Program-made: the position numbers and the translations under genes
In this document: positions 51,017-59,946 of the stretch, in pieces
Position numbering within the stretch: position 1 is the first letter of the stretch
How the letters are laid out: each line of letters begins with the position of its first letter
DNA from: Gemmatales bacterium
GTDB lineage: Bacteria; Planctomycetota; Planctomycetia; Gemmatales; HRBIN36
Assembly: GCA_041640595.1 (NCBI GenBank)
Contig: JBEPZY010000002.1
Location: forward strand, 50,884 to 114,883
Direction of reading: 5' to 3'
Length of the DNA: 64,000 nt
The notes under the pieces: model-generated
What the model saw: the letters and a program-made list of their open reading frames with translations, nothing else
Database searches by the model: none
What the model was told of the DNA's origin: nothing

Positions 51017-52062
51017 TTCGCCGCTATATATTACCCGTGCTATCACTGCTCCTGGTAGCCCTGGCCATTTACCGGGTCTATTCCACACAACGCCAGGAGC
51101 CGATATTAGAGCCGGCCGTACCTCCGCCGAGCAGCCCTTATCAATATACGGTTGCCGGAGCCGGGATGGTTGAAGCGCGGATGGAAAACGTGCAGATAGC
51201 ACCGGCAATTCCTGGGTTGGTGCTGGAAATATATGTAGATGTCGGCCAGCGGGTGCGAAAAGGCGACCCATTGTTGCGAGTGGATGATCGTCATCTGCGG
51301 GCACAGTTGCAGCAAGCTGAGGCACAATTGCGATACGCCCAGGCTCAGTTAGCGAAACTCGAAGCCATGCCACGACCGGAAGAATTGCCGCCCGCTCGAG
51401 CACGAGTCGCTGCTGCTCAGGTAGCCCTGGCTCTGGCGGAAGACGCTTTCCGTCGCGCCGAGCGTGTCTGGATGACTAAGCAAATTGCCGAGGAAGAGTA
51501 CGTGCAAAAGCGGTTACAACGTGACTTAGCCCAGCAGCAACTGGCTCAGGCGGAAGCAGATTTGCGTTTATTAGAAGCCGGCGCCTGGGAGCGAGATAAG
51601 GAAATTGCCCGCGCCCAGGTCGAGCAGATGCGAGCACAAATCGCCACGCTCAAGACCGAAATTGAGCGAGCTATCTTGCGGGCACCTATGGACGGCATTA
51701 TCCTGCAGCGCAATGTTCGACCGGGCGAATATATAGCGGTTTCGTTTCCGGGAGCGGCCCCGGCTTTTGTCCTCGGCGATATGTCGGAATTGCATGTGCG
51801 TGTGAATATAGACGAGTACGATATCCCACGATTTCAGCCCGGTGCGCCGGCTAAGGCTTTCGTCCGCGGCTATCCCCGTTCGGAATATCAATTGCGTTTC
51901 GTTCGTGTCGAACCTTATGTCGTTCCGAAGAAATCGCTTACTGGCGAAAATACGGAGCGGGTAGACACGCGGGTGTTGCAGGTCATTTATGCGGTGGAAA
52001 ATCCGGATCCGCCGCTCTATGTAGGTCAGCAACTAGATGTTTTTATCCAGGCGAGCCGTTGA
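51013..52062 (+). CDS. HlyD/DevB-like periplasmic adaptor
   Basis: N-terminal TM, lipoyl halves (V.VGQ.V.KGD.LL; RAP.DG.I), coiled coil, ERVDTRVLQVIY. Confidence 0.9.
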   Translation: MIRRYILPVLSLLLVALAIYRVYSTQRQEPILEPAVPPPSSPYQYTVAGAGMVEARMENVQIAPAIPGLVLEIYVDVGQRVRKGDPLLRVDDRHLRAQLQQAEAQLRYAQAQLAKLEAMPRPEELPPARARVAAAQVALALAEDAFRRAERVWMTKQIAEEEYVQKRLQRDLAQQQLAQAEADLRLLEAGAWERDKEIARAQVEQMRAQIATLKTEIERAILRAPMDGIILQRNVRPGEYIAVSFPGAAPAFVLGDMSELHVRVNIDEYDIPRFQPGAPAKAFVRGYPRSEYQLRFVRVEPYVVPKKSLTGENTERVDTRVLQVIYAVENPDPPLYVGQQLDVFIQASR

Positions 52063-54393
52063 GAGGCGCTGCGCCTTGATTGCTTCCCACTCCTCGGGCT
52101 TAATCAACACCTGGCGTGCATTGCTTCCATTATAAGCTCCAACAATGCCATCCTCCGCCATCCAGTCAATCAAGCGTGCGGCCCGACCGTAACCAATACC
52201 TAGTACCCGCTGTAAAAGCGAAACGCTGCCCCGCTGTTCCCGGATAACGATCTCGATAGCCTGTTCGTAAAGCTCATCAGGACGCCGGCTGGTTTCTTCT
52301 TCATCCTCCGCTTTCGATTTTTTCGCGGTGCTCAGCTGAATCAGCTCCCGAGAAAAGCAAGGCTCCTGGGCGAGATATTCCACTACCCGTGTGATCTCAC
52401 GGTCGCTCGCATAGGTACCCTGAGCGCGAATCAAGGTGCTGGTGCCTGGCTGCAAAAAGAGCATATCGCCCTTGCCTAATAGTTTTTCCGCCCCGATTTC
52501 ATCGAGGACAACGCGACTATCCGACCGGCTCGACACCTGAAAACATATCCGTGCCGGTAAGTTCGACTTGATAAGACCGGTAATGACATCCACCGTAGGT
52601 TTCTGCGTAGCGACCACTAAGTGAATGCCGGCCGCCCGGGATTTCTGTGCCAATCGTATGATGTGCCCTTCCACTTCTTTACGCATCACCATCATCAGGT
52701 CGTTCATCTCGTCCACGAAAATGACGATATAGGGCATCTTCTTGGGAATCCGTGCCTTTTCTTCTTCATCTTCGGGACGCAGGCGACGGTAAAGCTCGGC
52801 TTCGTCGAGTTCGTTATAAGCGGCGATATTGCGAACCCGTGCCCGGCTGAGCAGATCATAGCGTTCTTCCATTTTGTCCACCGCCCAGGCCAGGATTGCT
52901 TCCGCTTTGCGCACATCCTTGACAACCGGATGAATAAGGTGCGGAATGTTACCGTATTCGCTAAGCTCTAACATTTTGGGGTCAATCATGATCATCTGCA
53001 CCTCATCCGGTCGGCGGGTCATCAGGATACTGAGAATGATGGCATTCATGCACACCGATTTGCCGGTACCGGTGCGTCCTGCAATCAAGAGGTGCGGCAT
53101 ATCTGCCAGGTCGTAAACGAGCGGGCGCCCCTGCGTGTCTTTGCCCAGGAAAAGTGGAATTTTCATGCGCAAAGCCATCGAACCGGCTGCCTGGATCACT
53201 TCTTTCATGCGAACCGTCGCACGATAGTCGTTAGGGATTTCGATACCCACAGTGTCTTTGCCCGGAATGGGAGCGACGATACGCACACTCGGCACTTTGA
53301 GGTTGAGAGCTAAGTCATCAGCAAGGGCGGTGATCTTATTAACACGTAAGCCTGTCTCTAACGCGATCTCATATTGAGTAATGACCGGGCCGGTGTTGAT
53401 ACCGACGACACGCACATGATACCCGAAATCGGCGAAAGTCTGTTCGAGCTTAGCAGCCCGCTCCCGTAATTTTTGCTCGTGCAATTCGATGGGAAACGGA
53501 TCCGGGTCCTCTAACAAGTCTAATGGCGGTAACTTTCCGGAAGTCCGCGAGGCGGAATGGGATGCCTGTTCCAGACTGGCGGCGATTTCCTGATCCTGAG
53601 CGTCTTTGCCATGCACTCGGTCATAAACGCGAATAGGAATTTCCTCGATCTTGCGAGGTGGGGCGGTTTTTGCTTCTTGTTTCGCCTGTGCCTGCTTATT
53701 AGATGCCGAAGGTTCGGGACGCAAACGAGGACTTCTAAGCAGCGCATGCAGCATTAACCACAACTTATGTCCACCTCGATAGAGCCAGCCATTTAGAGCT
53801 AAGCAAAGGGCGAGCACACTTGCCAGGGGGGAGAAAATACGAATATAGAAAGGTTGGAAATGTTGTTCGGCAGCATAGTAAAGAGCGGCGCCTAGCAGGC
53901 CAGCTATATTTTCCCGTTCCAGATGCGAAAGGAAAGCTGCGAGGCTCAAGCTAAGCAGGAACAGCAAAGCCCATGTTGCCGCCAGACGCAAGGCCCACCG
54001 CCCGCTGCCATCTTCTAACAGTAAAGCCAGCACACTGATGAACCATACGAACGGCACCAGCCAGGCGGTTATGCCAAACCAGTGCAGGACGATCCCGCGC
54101 AGTCTCTCGCCCAGTTCAACCGGATCGAAAAGCCAGTTGCGTAATGACTCGCCAGGCGACGGAGCATCGAGGCCAAGGATAGCCGAGCTGCACAGCAGGC
54201 AAAACCCTGCCAGGAGGCCGAGCAGCAGCAAGACCACGCCAGCTAGGCGCGCCGCCAGCCGTAAACGCTGCACCAAAATATAGATTTTTTCGCGGATCAT
54301 AGCCGTGCTATCAGATGGCTGCATGCAGGTTAATAGATCGGATGCCTGATGTGGCGCTGAATATGGCTTGACCTTCGGGCCAGGATGGTTCAT
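52033..54393 (-). CDS. ftsK: DNA translocase FtsK (start may be at 54300)
   Basis: N-terminal TM helices; HLLIAGRTGTGKS, MIDPKMLE, VDEMNDLMM, ATQKPTVDVITG, gamma domain LQRVLGIGYGRAARL. Confidence 0.96.
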   Translation of the reverse strand: MNHPGPKVKPYSAPHQASDLLTCMQPSDSTAMIREKIYILVQRLRLAARLAGVVLLLLGLLAGFCLLCSSAILGLDAPSPGESLRNWLFDPVELGERLRGIVLHWFGITAWLVPFVWFISVLALLLEDGSGRWALRLAATWALLFLLSLSLAAFLSHLERENIAGLLGAALYYAAEQHFQPFYIRIFSPLASVLALCLALNGWLYRGGHKLWLMLHALLRSPRLRPEPSASNKQAQAKQEAKTAPPRKIEEIPIRVYDRVHGKDAQDQEIAASLEQASHSASRTSGKLPPLDLLEDPDPFPIELHEQKLRERAAKLEQTFADFGYHVRVVGINTGPVITQYEIALETGLRVNKITALADDLALNLKVPSVRIVAPIPGKDTVGIEIPNDYRATVRMKEVIQAAGSMALRMKIPLFLGKDTQGRPLVYDLADMPHLLIAGRTGTGKSVCMNAIILSILMTRRPDEVQMIMIDPKMLELSEYGNIPHLIHPVVKDVRKAEAILAWAVDKMEERYDLLSRARVRNIAAYNELDEAELYRRLRPEDEEEKARIPKKMPYIVIFVDEMNDLMMVMRKEVEGHIIRLAQKSRAAGIHLVVATQKPTVDVITGLIKSNLPARICFQVSSRSDSRVVLDEIGAEKLLGKGDMLFLQPGTSTLIRAQGTYASDREITRVVEYLAQEPCFSRELIQLSTAKKSKAEDEEETSRRPDELYEQAIEIVIREQRGSVSLLQRVLGIGYGRAARLIDWMAEDGIVGAYNGSNARQVLIKPEEWEAIKAQRLSTARLDKNI

Positions 54394-54600
54394 GCCCGGC
54401 CGAGTCTGGTCTCCCTTAGCACTCTAAACATCGTGCCGGCGATAAGCATGAGTTTTATGTCCTGCAACGGGGGCTTTTGAAAGGCCAACGTGCCGAAGCT
54501 AACGATTAGATAAGATGTAACGGCTCAGCCCGCCCGCTAGCATGTGACTAAGCCAGCTGGGTACATCTGCTGTGTAACATTTTCCCACGAGGTCGGGCTC

Positions 54601-55056
54601 ATGCTGCATGTGGTGCTGGTGGAACCGGAAATTGCTCCGAATGTGGGCAATGTCGCGCGAACCTGTGCGGCCACGGGTTGCCGCCTGCATCTGGTAGGCC
54701 CGCTCGGTTTTCGTCTGGACGATCGGGCATTGCGACGGGCGGGCGTGGATTACTGGCCGGCGGTGGATTGGCGACGTTACACGAATTGGCTGGAATTTCT
54801 GCAAGCCATGTCCGGACACCGTCTGTGGCTTTTTACGGCCCGGGGTGGGCAACCTTATCATCGGATACAGTACGAGGACGAAGACTGTCTGGTCTTTGGC
54901 TGCGAATCTCGCGGTCTGCCGGAGTCGCTGCTGCAAGAATATCCCCAATGTCGGGTGTGCATACCGTTGCCCAGCGGAAAAGTGCGCAGTCTCAATTTAG
55001 CCACGGCGGTCGGTATTGCAGTTTTTCGCGCTCTGGAATGCCTGGGCCGCATCTGA
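54601..55056 (+). CDS. trmL: tRNA (cytidine/uridine(34)-2'-O)-methyltransferase
   Basis: VLVEPEIAPNVGN, LRRAGVDYW, VFGCESRGLP, RSLNLATAV. Confidence 0.93.
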   Translation: MLHVVLVEPEIAPNVGNVARTCAATGCRLHLVGPLGFRLDDRALRRAGVDYWPAVDWRRYTNWLEFLQAMSGHRLWLFTARGGQPYHRIQYEDEDCLVFGCESRGLPESLLQEYPQCRVCIPLPSGKVRSLNLATAVGIAVFRALECLGRI

Positions 55057-55153
55057 AGCGGACCGGCATCTTGGTATCCGGCCGGATCGGCTGAGCGGGC
55101 AGCGTGTGCGTGCCGATAATTGCCGATGCTCACCGACACCGGGAGAAGAGGCG

Positions 55154-55456
55154 ATGGATAACGCCCTCGAGACCGCCACACTGAAAACCTGGGAGGAACT
55201 TCGCTGGTTTGTGCTCGAAAAGCTCTGTGCTCAAGATGGCCTGGATCCGCAGCAGGCGCAGTTGCTGGAACAACCGTTACGTCGGCAGGGACAGCTGGCC
55301 GGGGTGTTGTTTGAATTGCGTGGTCCGCGGCGTTTGCGAACGCAGGCCATCTGGGCTTGTCCCGATCGGCGAATTTACCTGTATAACTCCGCGGGGGAAC
55401 GAACCGCAGTGGTGCGGTTGACGGCCTGGCCGAAATTGAAAGACGAAGCTGCTTGA
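55154..55456 (+). CDS. Small hypothetical protein
   Basis: GAGG RBS; protein-like composition (GPRRLRTQAIW...YNSAGER); co-oriented with trmL. Confidence 0.65.
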   Translation: MDNALETATLKTWEELRWFVLEKLCAQDGLDPQQAQLLEQPLRRQGQLAGVLFELRGPRRLRTQAIWACPDRRIYLYNSAGERTAVVRLTAWPKLKDEAA

Positions 55457-55479
55457 CCGGGAAGCCCACAAACACACTG

Positions 55480-57294
55480 TCAGTAACTCGGCGGCTTGTC
55501 GCTGGGCGGGAAACCGTGGAACTGTTGGCCGACAAAAATCCATTCCTGGGCGATTGCGTAGCCGTAACGCTGAATGACCACAGCTGGCCCCGATTGCACG
55601 CTCGCAAATCCGGATTGGGCTGATTGCGACAACGGACCGACGCAGAGAAAAGTTTTGCCCGCAAATCGCTCCGGATCGGCCAGCGGATTGGGTCGCCAGA
55701 GATCGTACTGTGAAAAGCGGAGATCGCTGGCCAGGCTGATGCAGTAAACCCGCGGTTGATCCGGAAGGTAGAAAGCCAGTTCCGCGGCCAGACCGTACCA
55801 GGTGGCAACAATGATCGGTTCCTCGCCTTGCTGTCGAAGAGCTTGACGCCACTGATGCACGTGCAACGCTAATTCCCGCCAGCCCTGCAACCGACAGGTC
55901 GGATCAAAACGGCGTGGCCAGAGGTCCTTGTCGGTTTGGCCGAGCCAACCAGCGATCGCTGGCAGCAGTCCCGTGCGGTAGGCAATGTCCGGTCGGTGCA
56001 GAGTCAACGTGATAGCGACTGCCAGCAACGTCGAGATCACCAGCAGGACGCGCACGCTTCGGCTCCACGACTCGCAGGGTTTCGAGACGTGTGCCAGCCA
56101 GACCGCTACCAGAGGCACTGCCGCCAGGTAAGCCGGTGCGGGCCAGTTCGGTTGAATCGGTGTTCGCAGACTAAAGCCGGCAAACACGGCAAACACCGGC
56201 CAGGAGAAACTCAACAAGAACAGGCCGACCGGCCACGATAGGCCCAAGCGGATTCGCCTTTTGTCGGACAAAACGAACCATGTAGCCGCCAGCCAGGCCA
56301 GCATGCCGGCGCCGAATAGCAAAGCCGTCTGAACTCCGATGTATTCGAACATGCCCCACCATCGCCACGATCTTGACCCGGTCAGACTGGCCTGTCGAAA
56401 CACGTGGCGAAACGTTACCCAGTCATGCTGAGCGTTCCAGTAAAGGATCGGCCCCGCGCCGACGACAAGGGCCACCGTCAGCATGACCGCCAGCCGTTTG
56501 AGTAGCATTCCCCGCTCCGCGACGAAATTAGTCGCTTTCGGCCCGGCCGTTGCAAATGCGGCAGACAAAAACAGAACCAGGCAAAACGGGAACAGCACCA
56601 TCGTCGGTTTGGCCAGTATGCCCAGGCCGGTAATCAGCCCCAAACCGAACCAGGCCAGTGTCGTACCGTGCGTGCTTTTCCCTGGCAGGAAACACTCGCG
56701 GACTTGCCCATCCAGCGGTGCACTGCCAAACATGGGAGGTTCGGTCAATCGTCTCATTCCCAGAGCGTGCCACGCGAACACTAACGCCCACTGCCAGCAG
56801 CACAAGAACGGCGAGTCAATGGTAATCAGCGTGCTGATGACGCTATGGTGGGGAGCCAGCATCAGGGCAAGCATGGTCAGATACGCCAGTTTCGGAGAAC
56901 CACTCACCCGCCAGGTCAAACAAAAACATCCCAGTGCCAGCAGCTGGCCGCAGATGACGGCTGGTAGTCGTACCGCCGGCATTTTTGTGCCCTGCTGATC
57001 GAGCAACCAGCTGCCGCAGCACACATCGGCAGCGCGGATCAGCCAGGCAACAAGCGGTCCCTTGCTGTAATAGCACCAGTCCAGTTGTCTCGACCAGTCC
57101 CAGTAATAAGCCTCATCCGGCGCCAGATCGAACGGACATAGCCAGACCAGATAAACCACCCGCATCAGTCCGGCAACCAGCACGGTGATCCCGGCCGCCA
57201 TCCACCACCGTGTTGCCGTGCGCTGGCCCGGGAGGGTAACTTCAGAGGAACCCCATGCAGCAATGCTGTTGTGCTTGTGCAGGACCAGTTGCAT
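55480..57294 (-). CDS. ArnT/PMT-family (GT-C) membrane glycosyltransferase
   Basis: DEAYYWDWSRQLDWCYYSKGPLVAWLI, ITIDSP, GLGILAK, WNAQHDW, NWPAPAY; many TM helices. Confidence 0.88.
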   Translation of the reverse strand: MQLVLHKHNSIAAWGSSEVTLPGQRTATRWWMAAGITVLVAGLMRVVYLVWLCPFDLAPDEAYYWDWSRQLDWCYYSKGPLVAWLIRAADVCCGSWLLDQQGTKMPAVRLPAVICGQLLALGCFCLTWRVSGSPKLAYLTMLALMLAPHHSVISTLITIDSPFLCCWQWALVFAWHALGMRRLTEPPMFGSAPLDGQVRECFLPGKSTHGTTLAWFGLGLITGLGILAKPTMVLFPFCLVLFLSAAFATAGPKATNFVAERGMLLKRLAVMLTVALVVGAGPILYWNAQHDWVTFRHVFRQASLTGSRSWRWWGMFEYIGVQTALLFGAGMLAWLAATWFVLSDKRRIRLGLSWPVGLFLLSFSWPVFAVFAGFSLRTPIQPNWPAPAYLAAVPLVAVWLAHVSKPCESWSRSVRVLLVISTLLAVAITLTLHRPDIAYRTGLLPAIAGWLGQTDKDLWPRRFDPTCRLQGWRELALHVHQWRQALRQQGEEPIIVATWYGLAAELAFYLPDQPRVYCISLASDLRFSQYDLWRPNPLADPERFAGKTFLCVGPLSQSAQSGFASVQSGPAVVIQRYGYAIAQEWIFVGQQFHGFPPSDKPPSY

Positions 57295-57672
57295 AGAGGG
57301 TTGCGAGATTGGCGGTGCCCTTTCCGGCTAAGCCCAGCCAAACAGGCCAGACACCGAGCGTTATGTTTCTCGATGCGGCCAGCCATTGGGAGACGCATGG
57401 TAACACAACCTGCCGCACTGCCGCAAGGGCACTTTCCTCGCTCCTGGTTCCTTACCCGCCTTACGCTATGGTCGGCTTCTCAACGGGTGTTCACGGCGTG
57501 GTTGGCGAGAACGGCTGGGCAGTCTTTGCAACTTTTACCGCCGATAGGTACACCGAGTTTGCAAAAATTACAATCCGTGAGAAGCGCGTCTCGTGGTGTA
57601 ACAGTCGCAATAGCGCCGTAACCTGGCGAGCCAAAGACGGTTACGTACAAATTCGGACAAAAGTTTGGCGAT

Positions 57673-57688
57673 TGGCACATTTTGTGCT
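57673..57688 (+). promoter_or_regulatory. sigma54 (RpoN) -24/-12 promoter
   Basis: TGGCACATTTTGTGCT = GG-N10-GC, one mismatch from TGGCAC-N5-TTGCW; predicted TSS near 57699. Confidence 0.7.
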
Positions 57689-57698
57689 TGTGTCAGAA

Positions 57699-57940
57699 CG
57701 GTGATTATGAGCTGCTGAAGCATCTCGACCGGCAGACTGCGAGAGGCAGCTTTCCCCGCGTCGGCTACGGTGCCCCCCGACCGTAGCTGGAGCGAGTGCC
57801 GTCCGGAAGGTTTCCCCGCCCTTCCGTGTATGCCTCGCTGATGCCTCTTCAGGCCGGTGCTTCTCCTCATCTTCCCGCCAGGCCCCATCTTACCTGGCCC
57901 CGAAGCCACCTGCGACCCCGGCGGGTGGCTTGTTTTTTTT
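57699..57940 (+). ncRNA. Putative structured small RNA with C-rich loops
   Basis: Bounded by the sigma54 promoter and a terminator; nested stems with CCCC-containing loops; no credible ORF. Confidence 0.6.
57903..57940 (+). terminator. Rho-independent terminator
   Basis: AAGCCACCTGC-GACCCCG-GCGGGTGGCTT followed by G and T8. Confidence 0.85.
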
Positions 57941-58027
57941 GCGCTTCCGTGCATGGTTCTACTGGCAGGTCGCACTCGCTTTGGCTATAATCTTTCCTCG
58001 GACAGTTCGAGGCCGGAGCAAACCACC

Positions 58028-58483
58028 ATGACTGACCAGTACAAATATTTCCGCAGCACGCTGCGGGGCGGCGTGTTGATTGTTGAAATGACCGAGCCAA
58101 GCCTGCACGGCGATTTAATGGAAGAGCAACTTCGCCAGGATTTGTTCCAGGCCTGGCAGCAAAGCGGGGCGGACGCCGTGGTGCTTGATTTTTCCCAGGT
58201 GCGATACGTCACCAGCGCTGTTCTGCGGGCCTTGATTTTGCTGCGCCGCGAAGTTGTTTCCCGTAATGGCCGTATTGCTCTCTGTGGAATACAAGATGAG
58301 CACGTTCTGCGAATTTTCACCACGACGCGACTAATAACCAGTAGCGGCACCGCGCCCGCGCTCTTTCAGGCTTATGCCGATTTACCCACGGCACTGGCGG
58401 AATTGCGGCCAGGTTTGTCTGAAGAGACTCCCTCCGCAACGGCGTCAAACCCCGAGGCTGCTTCTCCGAAAATCGGCCCTTGA
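58028..58483 (+). CDS. STAS-domain protein (anti-sigma-factor antagonist)
   Basis: VVLDFSQVRYVTSAVLRALI...GRIALCGI..VLRIF.TTRL; own TATAAT at 57986-57991 and GGAG RBS. Confidence 0.85.
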   Translation: MTDQYKYFRSTLRGGVLIVEMTEPSLHGDLMEEQLRQDLFQAWQQSGADAVVLDFSQVRYVTSAVLRALILLRREVVSRNGRIALCGIQDEHVLRIFTTTRLITSSGTAPALFQAYADLPTALAELRPGLSEETPSATASNPEAASPKIGP

Positions 58484-58714
58484 TCGCGCCGGATTGACCG
58501 TCAGCGTTGCGGTAGGAGCACTGGTCTCCTCCAAGGTCGCTTGTTAACTTGCTTGGCGTCTGAGTTTGTCGGCTGGCCTGCCGCTGGTGGCGTTCCGCTC
58601 CAATTTTGTCCCGTCGCAACGAAACGTGCGCCCGCACCACTGCGCCGTAACTGAAAGTTCCGCTCCTATTTTGCCCCAATCGCGGCCCTTTGGTTGGTTC
58701 ATCTCATCCGGTTC

Positions 58715-58804
58715 CACGCTCCGCCTGTGAGCGGCTCAAATACGTTGCTGGCAATAGCATCTACTTCGGTTGTAAACTTCACGCTCCGCCTGTGAGCGGC
58801 TCAA
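58715..58804. repeat. Two exact 25-bp direct repeats separated by 40 bp
   Basis: CACGCTCCGCCTGTGAGCGGCTCAA at 58715-58739 and 58780-58804. Confidence 0.85.
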
Positions 58805-59185
58805 CGGACACCGAAAGACCAGCAATCCCTGCCGCAGGAAGGGCCGCAGCAAAAACCACGGTGCGACGGTCACCGCAAGGCCAGCCGGAAGTGAGGGAAA
58901 AGGCACCAGCAATGGTACCGGCGTGCGCGTTGCAGTTGCTCCTGGCGTTCTCTCCACCAAACGCCGGGCAACAATCGCCCGGGAGAGGAAATAGGTATCA
59001 GGCTATACGCCACCTCTTCATGGCCGCTCACCAGTGTACATGACGATCCTGCCGCACTGCCCGCCGTGCCGTAACGAAACGCAAGCGGATAGAATGACGT
59101 GTCAGGTGTCGGGGCGTGCCAGTGTGCGTTGCTCGTGCTGCTGCGAGACTGAGCTTGCCGCCAACAGCTAACCTGTGGGATAAGC

Positions 59186-59875
59186 ATGCGCTTGGCGGAG
59201 ATTTTTTACTCTATCCAGGGAGAAGGCTTACTGGCCGGGACGCCTTCGGTTTTTGTCCGGGTCAGCGGTTGCAATCTGCGCTGCCGCTGGTGTGACACCG
59301 AATACGCCTCCTGGTATCCCGAAGGCAAATCGTGGGGGGCACAGGAGATTGTCGCGGAGGTGGTTCGTTATCCCGCCAGGCATGTCGTCATCACGGGGGG
59401 CGAACCGTTCCTGTTTCGGGATCTCGGCGAGTTGTGCGCGGCGCTGCATGAAACGGGTCGGCACATCACCATCGAGACCGCGGGGACGATTTACCGCGAA
59501 GTGGTCTGCGACCTGCTCAGTCTCAGTCCCAAGCTCAGCAATTCCACGCCCTGGCAGCGCGACGCCGGCCGCTGGGCTCACCGCCACGAACAATTGCGAC
59601 TCCAGCCGGCAGTGCTCCGGCAATTTCTCCAGCATTACCCCGAATATCAACTGAAGTTCGTCATCGAAGAACCATCCGACCTTACGGAAGTGCAACAGTT
59701 ACTTTCGGAGCTGCCCGCTGTGCCGAAGGAGCGCGTGCTTCTGATGCCCCAGGGCGTGACTCCCGAAGAGTTGCGTGAGCGAAGCCGGTGGCTCGTTGAA
59801 GCCTGCAAGGAACTCGGCTATCGCTATTGCCCGCGGCTGCATATTGAACTGTTCGGTAATCGCCGCGGTGTTTGA
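59186..59875 (+). CDS. queE: 7-carboxy-7-deazaguanine synthase (radical SAM)
   Basis: EIFYSIQGEG, GCNLRCRWCDT, ITGGEP, IETAG, SPKL, PRLHI. Confidence 0.93.
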   Translation: MRLAEIFYSIQGEGLLAGTPSVFVRVSGCNLRCRWCDTEYASWYPEGKSWGAQEIVAEVVRYPARHVVITGGEPFLFRDLGELCAALHETGRHITIETAGTIYREVVCDLLSLSPKLSNSTPWQRDAGRWAHRHEQLRLQPAVLRQFLQHYPEYQLKFVIEEPSDLTEVQQLLSELPAVPKERVLLMPQGVTPEELRERSRWLVEACKELGYRYCPRLHIELFGNRRGV

Positions 59876-59946
59876 AGGACAGGCCGCCAAAAACCAATGG
59901 GTGTGCTTTCGGCTTGCTGACTTTGTTGACCGGTTGCCTCGCCAAT

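Noticed and set aside
57309..57990. ORFs 57309..57704 and 57796..57990
   Set aside because: No RBS or recognisable motif; they overlap the promoter region or run through the terminator
58805..59185. preQ1 riboswitch upstream of queE
   Set aside because: No preQ1-like stem-loop with an A-rich tail could be identified
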